The notes under the pieces: model-generated
What the model saw: only the letters and a program-made list of their open reading frames with translations
Database searches by the model: none
What the model was told of the DNA's origin: nothing
Shown: piece by piece, positions 1 through 7,780 of the stretch
Position numbering within the stretch: position 1 is the first letter of the stretch
Layout: the number at the start of each line of letters is the position of its first letter
Made by a program: the position numbers and the translations under genes
Source of the DNA: Candidatus Muiribacteriota bacterium
GTDB taxonomy: Bacteria; Muiribacteriota; Muiribacteriia; Muiribacteriales; Muiribacteriaceae
Direction: 5' to 3'
Length of the DNA stretch: 24,807 bases
NCBI GenBank assembly: GCA_051747805.1
Contig: JBNJGP010000040.1
Span: forward strand, 1 to 24,807

Positions 1-44
1 CTATGAATTAATACTTTGACATGTTTTATCAGCTATTGTTATTT

Positions 45-73
45 ATTTTATAATAATCAGGCAGGGTTGTCAA
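45..73 (-). promoter_or_regulatory. sigma70-type promoter firing leftward out of the window
   Basis: Minus strand TTGACA (73-68), 17-nt spacer, TAAAAT (50-45). The target gene lies outside the window. Confidence 0.7.
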
Positions 74-80
74 ATGCAAA

Positions 81-223
81 TGAGTTATTTGAGTTGTGAG
101 TTTGTTGGGTTACTTGGGTTATAATTTTAAGCCGATAGGAGCCGATGAGAGCTGTGAGAGGTGAGAAGCAAGAAGTGAAAAAGCAATGAGAGCAGAAAGG
201 TGCAGAAAAGTGTTGTGAGTGCA
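81..223. repeat. Degenerate 7-10-nt tandem repeat tract, G/A-rich on the + strand
   Basis: TGAGTT x3 (81, 90, 97), TTGGGTTA x2 (105, 114), AGCCGAT x2 (130, 140), then repeated GAGAG/GAGAAG/GCAGAAA units. Visibly G-rich and C-poor compared with the flanks. Confidence 0.55.
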
Positions 224-237
224 TCATTAATAAAAAT

Positions 238-266
238 TTGATAAAAAACCTGTCGTGTGGTAAAAT
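238..266 (+). promoter_or_regulatory. sigma70 promoter with extended -10 for the KamA-family gene
   Basis: TTGATA (238-243), 17-nt spacer, TG-N-TAAAAT (TG 258-259; -10 at 261-266), about 70 nt upstream of the ATG at 337. Confidence 0.7.
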
Positions 267-336
267 TTTTATAATCAAAATATAATTTTTTCATTGAAAA
301 AAGACAAAGCATATTAATAAGAAATGGGGAAATTAA

Positions 337-2139
337 ATGAATAATTTTATTAAACTATCTAAAGATGAAATTTTAACAAGGCTCTGGAAAGAAAATCCTG
401 AATTTTTTAATATTTTAAATAAATCAAGGGCAATTGAAAAAACAAGAGACGAACTTTTTACTTTTTTTAATTTTTTAGACCGTTCCCTCTTTAACGCAAG
501 TAAAGATTCACCATATAAAAAATATCATATTGTTGAGAGAGAAAATGCCAGACAGTGTTTAAGAATAATAAAAAATACCATACGCGAAAAAAAAGAACAG
601 CTGGCAAATTTTGCAACACTTCCAATTTTAATTGATTTAGCCAAAAAACCTGAAAAAAAAGTAAAAGAAGTTTCAAAAGGCTTTCTTGCTGAATATTATT
701 TTCTTTTCAGAGGACTGAGATGCTCTACAGGTTTAGGATATAAAATCTATATTCCAAAAGTTAAGGATGAAAATTATGTTGAACTTGAAAGGCTTGATGC
801 CTATTCAGAATATATGGACAGTTATTTCCAGAAATACCAAACAGGTCTGGATAAACATCTTATAAAAAGACAGAAAAAGATGAAAAATAAAATTTTAAAA
901 TATTTTAACGCAACCGAAAAAGACTGGAAAAACTATAAGTGGCAGTTTGAAAATATAATTAAAGACGCGGATGTTTTAAAATCCCTTGTCAATCTTGACG
1001 ATAACGAATTAAAAAGTGTTCAAATGGCAAATAAACATAAAATTCCATTTCAAATAACACCATATTATTTATCACTTTTTAATCCTGATGAGCGTGATTT
1101 TTCTGACCGCTCCGTCCGTGCCCAGGTAATTCCTTCTCTAAATTATATTAATAATTTTATAGAAAATTCAAAAAACAAAGAAGATATGGATTTTATGGGA
1201 GAAAAGTTAACAAGTCCTGTTGAACTTATTACAAGAAGATATGCAAAAATTTTAATATTTAAACCATATGATACATGCCCTCAAATCTGTGTTTACTGTC
1301 AGAGAAACTGGGAAATTAAAGATATGGATGAAAGTTTCACCTCTATTAAAAAGATAAATAAGGCGGTTGAATGGATTAAAAATAATAAATATATTAACGA
1401 AGTGCTTATAACAGGCGGAGACCCTCTGACTCTGAACGATGATTTAATTGATGATATATTATCAAAAGTTTCTCAAATTAACCATATCGAGCGAATAAGA
1501 ATCGGCTCTAGAACATTGGCCAGCGTCCCTCAGAGAATTACAGATAATTTAATTAAGGTTTTTAAAAAACATTACAATTTACCTGAACTGGATATTGCAT
1601 TTATGACACATTTTCAACATCCAACTGAAATAACACCGGATGTTATAAAAGCTGTTAAAAAAATTAAAAATGCTGGAATTAATATTTATAATCAACAAGT
1701 TTTTACCTATTATAACAGCTTTAAATTTGAAACTTCAATGCTTAGGAAAACACTTAAAATGGCCGGAATTGATCCCTATTATTCTTTTAATACAAAAGGC
1801 AAAAAAGAAACTGATGATTTCAGAGTTCCTATTGCAAGAATTGAGCAGGAACGTAAAGAAGAGGCCAGACTACTACCCGGAATTGTAAGAACAGATGAAC
1901 CTGTTTTTAATGTTCCAAAACTTGGTAAATCCCATTTAAGGGCCACATTTCAAAATCATGAGGTTATTGCAATTTTACCAGATGGAAAAAGAGTTTATAG
2001 ATTTTTGCCCTGGGAATCTAAACTGGGTGTAATTGGATATTATATTTATAAAGATGTTTCTATTTACGACTATATTAAAAGACTTTACAAGGATGGAGAA
2101 AATTTAAAAGAATATAACTCTATCTGGTATTACTTTTAA
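337..2139 (+). CDS. KamA-family radical SAM/PLP aminomutase with long N-terminal extension; glutamate 2,3-aminomutase-type active site
   Basis: CxxxCxxC (CPQICVYCQR), ITPYYLSL, TGGDPL, RIRIGSR, THFQHP and YNQQV motifs, PLP-lysine motif PKLGK. About 170 extra N-terminal residues. Confidence 0.9.
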   Translation: MNNFIKLSKDEILTRLWKENPEFFNILNKSRAIEKTRDELFTFFNFLDRSLFNASKDSPYKKYHIVERENARQCLRIIKNTIREKKEQLANFATLPILIDLAKKPEKKVKEVSKGFLAEYYFLFRGLRCSTGLGYKIYIPKVKDENYVELERLDAYSEYMDSYFQKYQTGLDKHLIKRQKKMKNKILKYFNATEKDWKNYKWQFENIIKDADVLKSLVNLDDNELKSVQMANKHKIPFQITPYYLSLFNPDERDFSDRSVRAQVIPSLNYINNFIENSKNKEDMDFMGEKLTSPVELITRRYAKILIFKPYDTCPQICVYCQRNWEIKDMDESFTSIKKINKAVEWIKNNKYINEVLITGGDPLTLNDDLIDDILSKVSQINHIERIRIGSRTLASVPQRITDNLIKVFKKHYNLPELDIAFMTHFQHPTEITPDVIKAVKKIKNAGINIYNQQVFTYYNSFKFETSMLRKTLKMAGIDPYYSFNTKGKKETDDFRVPIARIEQERKEEARLLPGIVRTDEPVFNVPKLGKSHLRATFQNHEVIAILPDGKRVYRFLPWESKLGVIGYYIYKDVSIYDYIKRLYKDGENLKEYNSIWYYF

Positions 2140-3964
2140 GTTTTTTTGTAAAGAATTCAGCTTTTTTATAATTCTTATTCCATTTAAACCCTTTAATAAG
2201 CAGACTGTATAAATACGGGTCTTTACAGTTTTCAAGATAAAAGGCTACTTTCTCTAATTTATCATTATTTTTATCATATTTTAAAATAAAACGCTCCCAG
2301 GCCAATCTATAAGTGGAAGCCTCAGTTTTTAAAAATTTTTCCGTAAGTTCGATTTTATTAAAATCAGGAAGATTATCAACAATCTCTTTTTCTGACAGAG
2401 TAAAATCCTGGTTAAATTTATTTAAAAGCGTGGAATTCCTGCCGGCAAATTCAATACTGATTCTTTTTCTCTGCCTACAACCAAAACACTCAGCTGGAAC
2501 CGAGGAATAATCACCAGATAAAACCTCAGCTTTAAGCTTTTCATAATCCTTGTAGTTTAATTTCACCCGCTCACATCCGGTATAAATTCCGTCATTTTTA
2601 AAATAAATATACTCAAACATGTACATACAGGGCTCAAAATCATTTTCAGATTTAATTTCTCTACTTTTTAATTCTGGAAATAACAAGATTAATTCATTAT
2701 TTATATCTTTGACTTTACCCTCATATGCACATAAAGTTTCAACTTGATAATTATTTAAAAAAGTTTTTAATACTTTTTGATTTTCAGCTTCAATATACCT
2801 GAAATCAACTTTGTATTCTCTATTTTTTACATTTTGATAAATTTTATAATACTTTTCATACTCAGTCTGCTTTAAAAAATTAAAAACATCATCATCAGAA
2901 ACAGAATCAAGCATAAAATCATTACAATCCCGGCATATTGAAGGATTATTAAAATCTCCGGTAATATGGGATAATTTAAATTTAATAGCATTTTTTCCAT
3001 AAAAAATACTGCTGAATTTATCTTTTTTTAAATCTCCATAAACTCCATCCTCATAATAATCTCTACAACATACAGTAAGTAAACCCTTTGAAGTAATATA
3101 AGGCATCTTCCAGAGCTCACCACATGGTTTTCTATTTTTATTACTTTGTAAATAAAGACTCATTTTATGAATTAAATTCTCGATTGATTTACCAGTATTT
3201 TTTAATTTTTGTTTTTTTATATTTTCTAAATAAAGGGCACAGCTTTTTTTTTGATTTAATGTATGGGCCTCTATAATGTCGATTCCAAGGGGAGTTTCTT
3301 CTGATAATTCATCACCGGCATTTCCTTCAATTATCCAGTTTTTTTTAAACTGTTTATAAAAGCACTCCCAGTAATTTATAAAAGATGGAATTTCCTTACA
3401 GTTTTCTTCAAAAACAATAAATTGAACTGTACAGAATAAACTATCCCAGAGATTGTTTTCATCTATTTTTTTTATAAAATTTTCTATATTTGAAATCACC
3501 TCAAAAAAATATGGTTTTTTCTTAAGTTTTTTATAATTTATATTTGAGTTTGTGCCAACAGAAAAAACAACACAAACTTTCTGTTTTGTTTTTTTTACAA
3601 TTTCTATTATATGCCCACAAGTATTTTCGTCCAGTAGTGTGGCGTTAGTAAAAAGATAAAACTTGTCGAACTTTTTATCGTTATTGTCAAGAGAATAGTC
3701 GAAAATATGTATAAAATCGCTGTTCAACAGAGGCTCGCCAACACCTGATAGTTGTAAAGAATCGAAATATCCATCTAAATTATCATATATCAATTTAAAA
3801 TTATGAAAATTTAAACTGGCTATTTCTTTATTTTTAAACTCAGAAATCTTATTTGTTTCCCCGTATATTTCCTCATGCTGAACACAGTAAACACAATCTA
3901 AATTGCATTTTTCAGTAATACCACAGATTATAGATATATCCCTGAAGTCAGATTTAATATTCAT
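2120..3964 (-). CDS. Radical SAM protein with SPASM-like Fe-S domain(s) and helical C-terminus
   Basis: CNLDCVYC, SGVGEPLLN, FTNATLL; SPASM-like PCGELW...GLLTVCCRD...ICRDC; second PCMYMF...DGIYTGC...ECFGC. 3' end overlaps the KamA gene by 20 nt. Confidence 0.85.
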   Translation of the reverse strand: MNIKSDFRDISIICGITEKCNLDCVYCVQHEEIYGETNKISEFKNKEIASLNFHNFKLIYDNLDGYFDSLQLSGVGEPLLNSDFIHIFDYSLDNNDKKFDKFYLFTNATLLDENTCGHIIEIVKKTKQKVCVVFSVGTNSNINYKKLKKKPYFFEVISNIENFIKKIDENNLWDSLFCTVQFIVFEENCKEIPSFINYWECFYKQFKKNWIIEGNAGDELSEETPLGIDIIEAHTLNQKKSCALYLENIKKQKLKNTGKSIENLIHKMSLYLQSNKNRKPCGELWKMPYITSKGLLTVCCRDYYEDGVYGDLKKDKFSSIFYGKNAIKFKLSHITGDFNNPSICRDCNDFMLDSVSDDDVFNFLKQTEYEKYYKIYQNVKNREYKVDFRYIEAENQKVLKTFLNNYQVETLCAYEGKVKDINNELILLFPELKSREIKSENDFEPCMYMFEYIYFKNDGIYTGCERVKLNYKDYEKLKAEVLSGDYSSVPAECFGCRQRKRISIEFAGRNSTLLNKFNQDFTLSEKEIVDNLPDFNKIELTEKFLKTEASTYRLAWERFILKYDKNNDKLEKVAFYLENCKDPYLYSLLIKGFKWNKNYKKAEFFTKKLKSNTR

Positions 3965-3970
3965 ATAAAA

Positions 3971-3999
3971 ATTATATCACCACATAAAAGCGAATTCAA
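3971..3999 (-). promoter_or_regulatory. sigma70 promoter of the radical SAM gene, predicted leaderless
   Basis: TTGAAT (3999-3994), 17 nt, TG-N-TATAAT (3976-3971), 6 nt, ATG (3964). No Shine-Dalgarno. Confidence 0.7.
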
Positions 4000-4038
4000 T
4001 TAAATAAGGTTCTGGGTAAAAAAAATGATTAAAATACC

Positions 4039-5388
4039 CTACAGTTGAGTATATTCTGCCTTAAAAATTCTAAAAAATAAAAAGAATAATGTAATAATAA
4101 AAACTATAAATTCAGCAAAAGGAAATGCAATCCAGACTCCATTTTGACCAAATAAAATAGAAAAAATATAAATTAACGGAATAATAACAAAAATCTGCCT
4201 TAATGAATTTAAAAAAATTGAAATTTTTGCCTTGCCCAGGGCCTGAAAAATACCCGCTCCAATAATCTGAACCCCAATAAGGGGAAGCATTGCAAAAAAT
4301 ATTTTCAGGTAATTCTTACCTTTTTCAATTAAAAGTTCGTCTTCTGAAAAAACTCTTAAAATATTTTCAGGAAAAATGAAAATTAAGACTGTTGCAAAAG
4401 TAACAAACAAAGTACTTATCAAAATAGAATATAAAACTGCTTTTTTAACCCGGATAATTTTTTCAGCCCCATAATTATAGCCTACAATTGGATTAACACC
4501 CTGTAACACCCCGAAAACCGGCATAGATACAAACATTAATAATCTGTTAAAAATACCAAAAAGAGCTATTGATAAATCACTTCCATATCCGGCAAAAATT
4601 CTATTACTAATTAAAATTACAATACCAGCGCCAACCTGTCTTAAAAAACTGGCAAATCCCACATTTATAATTTTTTTCATAATATTTGAGCAAATAAAAA
4701 AACCACACAATTTAAAATTTAAACTTGATTTTTTTGATAAAAAATATCCAACCAGATAAGCAGAACATATAATCTGAGCAATAACCGAGGCCAGAGCTGC
4801 TCCACGCATTCCATATTTTAGATAAAAAATGAAAAAGTAATCAAGAAATATATTAACAGAGGCCGCAATAATCATTGTATTCAATGCAACTTTTGGATTA
4901 CCCTCACCTCTGGCAATATTATTAATTGCAATAAAAAAAATCAAAAACGGCATTCCATAAACCAGTACATTCAAATATTCCTGGGCATATAAAAAAACCT
5001 GACTTCCTGCTCCTAAAAAAGTTAGAATATGGGAATTAAATAATTTAATGAAAAACGAAAAAAATCCCCCAATAAATATTGAAAGTAAAACAACCATTGT
5101 AAATGTTTTATCAGCCTTTTTCTCATCACCCTGACCAAGTGAAATTGAAACAACAGATTGACCACCTATCCCAAGCATTTGAGAAATTGCCATAATTAAT
5201 AAATGAATTGGAAAAATTATTGTAAGGGCCGCCAGACCGTCAACACCAATAGCTCTTCCAATAAAAATTGAATCAACAATATTATATAAAGCAATAATTA
5301 TCAATCCCGCAATTGACGGGATTGATAATTTAATTAGTAATTTAAATACATTTTCTTTTCCAAGTAATAAACTTTTATTTTTCTGCAT
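4039..5388 (-). CDS. MATE family efflux transporter (MepA-like)
   Basis: 449-aa polytopic membrane protein. LYNIVDSIFIG, RGEGNPK, NIFLDYFFI, GMRGAALASVIAQ, PIVGYNYGA, GVWIAFP. Confidence 0.92.
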   Translation of the reverse strand: MQKNKSLLLGKENVFKLLIKLSIPSIAGLIIIALYNIVDSIFIGRAIGVDGLAALTIIFPIHLLIMAISQMLGIGGQSVVSISLGQGDEKKADKTFTMVVLLSIFIGGFFSFFIKLFNSHILTFLGAGSQVFLYAQEYLNVLVYGMPFLIFFIAINNIARGEGNPKVALNTMIIAASVNIFLDYFFIFYLKYGMRGAALASVIAQIICSAYLVGYFLSKKSSLNFKLCGFFICSNIMKKIINVGFASFLRQVGAGIVILISNRIFAGYGSDLSIALFGIFNRLLMFVSMPVFGVLQGVNPIVGYNYGAEKIIRVKKAVLYSILISTLFVTFATVLIFIFPENILRVFSEDELLIEKGKNYLKIFFAMLPLIGVQIIGAGIFQALGKAKISIFLNSLRQIFVIIPLIYIFSILFGQNGVWIAFPFAEFIVFIITLFFLFFRIFKAEYTQL

Positions 5389-5439
5389 TTAACTTTAAAT
5401 AGTACTTTATTTTAATTTAAAACTTATAAGGCCTTTCCC

Positions 5440-5730
5440 CTATTCTTTTGTTTTATTATAAAGGTCTTTTACTTTATTATACATTTTTTCAATATTATCT
5501 TTGTAAAAGTCGGCCATTTCAGAGTTATTTTCAGTAGCTTTATCAAAATTTCTGTTTAAGAAATCAATGTTTCCATTAAGAGTTTTAAAATATTCATTAA
5601 TTCTTTCTTTCATTAAATCCTGTGAGTAGTTCATGTTAGATTTGAATAAATCCATTGTAAATTCCATATTTTTTTTAGCCACATCAATAAATTCATCGTT
5701 AAAAAATAGTTTTTCAAAATTGTTTTTCAT
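5440..5730 (-). CDS. Small amphipathic helical protein, phasin-like (paralog of 5759-6043)
   Basis: 96 aa, no Pro/Cys/Trp, regular hydrophobic periodicity, GGAGG SD upstream, ungapped similarity to the adjacent ORF. The CDS is secure; the phasin call is inference. Confidence 0.7.
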   Translation of the reverse strand: MKNNFEKLFFNDEFIDVAKKNMEFTMDLFKSNMNYSQDLMKERINEYFKTLNGNIDFLNRNFDKATENNSEMADFYKDNIEKMYNKVKDLYNKTKE

Positions 5731-5758
5731 TTCTTCCTCCCGTTTTTAATTAAATAAC

Positions 5759-6043
5759 TTAAGCTTGATTTGCTGAAAAAACTTCTTTTAAAACTTTATT
5801 TGTTTTTTCCATATTCTCTTTTGCCATTACAGTAATTTCACTACCATGTTTAAAGGATTTTTCAAAATTATCCTGTGATAAACTTACCACTTTTTCAAGA
5901 TTTGTAAAGTAATTTTTCATATTACCTTTTACAAAATCCTGGGTATGTTTAACACTTGATTTTACTATTTCGTTTAAAAATTCCTGATTTCTTGTAACCA
6001 TTTTTGTTACCTCTTCATTTTCGATTGTAAAAATATTTTCCAT
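5759..6043 (-). CDS. Small amphipathic helical protein, phasin-like (start revised to 6043)
   Basis: AGGAGG SD lies just before ATG 6043 (MENIFTIENEE..., 94 aa). The ORF-track extension to 6088 runs through regulatory motifs. 23/81 ungapped identities to 5440-5730 by hand alignment. Confidence 0.7.
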   Translation of the reverse strand: MENIFTIENEEVTKMVTRNQEFLNEIVKSSVKHTQDFVKGNMKNYFTNLEKVVSLSQDNFEKSFKHGSEITVMAKENMEKTNKVLKEVFSANQA

Positions 6044-6063
6044 TCTAGTCCTCCTGTTTTTTT

Positions 6064-6180
6064 TGCATCGCTCTTTTGCGTTGCACATTTTTTCTTATAG
6101 TCCTATTATTACATAAATCTTATAGAGATGTCAATATATTTTTTGCACCGCACAACGAAACCGGTTACCGCACCGCAACA
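6064..6180. promoter_or_regulatory. Cluster of four PhaR-box-like motifs
   Basis: TGCATCGCTCTT (6064-6075), TGCGTTGCACAT (6077-6088), TGCACCGCACAA (6144-6155), CGCACCGCAACA (6169-6180). These are GC-rich motifs in AT-rich intergenic DNA, two on each side of the promoter of the small helical genes. Confidence 0.55.
6105..6134 (-). promoter_or_regulatory. sigma70 promoter for the phasin-like pair
   Basis: TTGACA (6134-6129), 18 nt, TG-N-AATAAT (6110-6105). Confidence 0.55.
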
Positions 6181-6191
6181 TAAATTATTAC

Positions 6192-6219
6192 TTGCATTAG
6201 AATTATTCTTTATTATAAT
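6192..6219 (+). promoter_or_regulatory. sigma70 promoter for the NSS transporter
   Basis: TTGCAT (6192-6197), 16 nt, TATAAT (6214-6219). GGAGG SD before ATG 6260. Confidence 0.5.
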
Positions 6220-6259
6220 GATAATATAATTTCAATTAAACTATAATTGGAGGGGATAT

Positions 6260-7780
6260 ATGAAAGTTAAAGACAGATGGGCCTCAAAAATAGGTGTAAT
6301 ACTTGCTGTTGCCGGGAGCGCCGTCGGACTTGGCAATTTTTTAAGATTTCCGGGCGTAGTTGCCCAAAACGGCGGAGGAACATTTTTAATACCATATTTT
6401 GTGGCATTTGTATTACTTGGAATACCCATGATGTGGGTTGAATGGTCTGTCGGGCGACTTGGTGGTTCTCATGGACATTCTACTCTACCAGCTATGTATC
6501 AGCATTTAACTAATAAAAAATGGGGAAAATATCTTGGTATATTTGGACTTCTATTACCATTTATTGTTTTCTGTTATTATCTTTACATAGCTTCCTGGAC
6601 GCTTGCATATTCCTGGTTTGCAATTACCGGTGAGTTATCCGCTCTGGATAAAAGTAACTGTGGAAGTTTTTTTGGCAACTTTATTTCGTTTGAGGGTATT
6701 TTTACTCCCCTTGTTTTATTTTTTATTCTTACCTTTATTATTAACTATCTTATTTTAAGAAAAGGGATTTCCGGGGGAATTGAAAAAGTATGTAAAGTAG
6801 CCCTGCCACTTCTATTTTTTATGGCATTAATAATTATGATAAGGGTAATTACTCTTGATGGAATTTCAGAAGGTTTTGGTTTTGTGTGGAATCCAGATTT
6901 TTCAGAATTGTTTAACGTGCGAATGTGGCTGGCCGCAACTGGTCAGATTTTCTTTACTTTAAGTTTGGGTTTTGGTGTGATTCAAACTTATGCAAGTTAT
7001 CTGAAAAAAAATGATGATATTGCACTTTCAGGATTAACTTCCTCTTCTCTTGATACTTTTGCGGCAGTTGTGTTAGGTGGAAGTATTGCAATTCCTGCCG
7101 CCGTCCTTTTTTTAGGCGTAGCTCAGGCCCAGGAAATCGCCCAGGGAAGTATTTTTTCAATTGCCTTTGTTATTATGCCGGTAATTTTTAATAATATGGG
7201 AAATTTCGCTCCCTTTTATGGATTTTTATGGTTTGGTCTGTTATTTATTGCTGGAGTAACCTCGTCAATTTCTCTTGCGCAGCCTTTAATTGCTTTTTTG
7301 CAGGATGAGTTCAGATTTTCAAGAGAAAAATCAGTTGCAACAATTTTTATACTTGTATTAATAATGGCCATCCCTACTATTTTCTATATGAACAATGGAT
7401 TTGTGGATGAGCTTGATTTCTGGGCTGGCAATTTCTTTATTGTAGTTTCTGCAACTATACAGATTATTTTATTTTCCTGGGTATTTGGTATAAATAAGGG
7501 CTGGAAAGAAATAAATCATGCATCCCAGATAAAAATACCTGCTATCTTTAAATTTGTGCTTAAATATATTACACCCGCATATTTGATAACACTCTTAATT
7601 ATTTGGATTTATGAGCATGCTATTGGACAGCTTTTAATGAAAGAAATTGATGAGGCAAATGTCGGCGCAACCCTGCTTGCAAGAGGAATTCTTGTGCTGG
7701 TTGCCGCTGTTTTACTTTTTTTAGTTTCCAAAGCGTATAAAGATTTTAAAGCTATTGAAAATCGGGAGGGAAACCTATGA
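6260..7780 (+). CDS. Sodium-dependent amino acid transporter, NSS/SLC6 family, LeuT-like
   Basis: GSAVGLGNFLRFP (TM1), GGGTFLIPY, QIFFTLSLGFG (TM6), AGVTSSIS (TM8), DELDFWAG (TM10). Confidence 0.95.
   Translation: MKVKDRWASKIGVILAVAGSAVGLGNFLRFPGVVAQNGGGTFLIPYFVAFVLLGIPMMWVEWSVGRLGGSHGHSTLPAMYQHLTNKKWGKYLGIFGLLLPFIVFCYYLYIASWTLAYSWFAITGELSALDKSNCGSFFGNFISFEGIFTPLVLFFILTFIINYLILRKGISGGIEKVCKVALPLLFFMALIIMIRVITLDGISEGFGFVWNPDFSELFNVRMWLAATGQIFFTLSLGFGVIQTYASYLKKNDDIALSGLTSSSLDTFAAVVLGGSIAIPAAVLFLGVAQAQEIAQGSIFSIAFVIMPVIFNNMGNFAPFYGFLWFGLLFIAGVTSSISLAQPLIAFLQDEFRFSREKSVATIFILVLIMAIPTIFYMNNGFVDELDFWAGNFFIVVSATIQIILFSWVFGINKGWKEINHASQIKIPAIFKFVLKYITPAYLITLLIIWIYEHAIGQLLMKEIDEANVGATLLARGILVLVAAVLLFLVSKAYKDFKAIENREGNL

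Noticed and set aside
16..54. Plus-strand promoter from TTGACA at 16-21
   Set aside because: No good -10 at 16-18 nt spacing; the TATAAT at 49-54 is too far away.
81..223. CRISPR array or structured RNA gene
   Set aside because: No identical 23-47-nt repeats with spacers, and the strong purine skew leaves little self-complementarity.
57..312. Short minus-strand ORFs 57-278 and 127-312
   Set aside because: They run through the low-complexity repeat tract and promoter boxes, have no clear SD, and their Ser/Leu/Phe/His bias simply reflects the repeats.
2120..6043. RiPP cluster (radical SAM/SPASM + MATE + small ORFs as precursors)
   Set aside because: The small proteins look like folded amphipathic helices without leader/core organisation, no RRE or peptidase is evident, and the radical SAM gene has its own promoter.
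6044..6088. N-terminal extension MCNAKERCKKNRRTR
   Set aside because: The strong SD precedes ATG 6043, the paralog aligns from there, and the extension overlaps the operator-like motifs.
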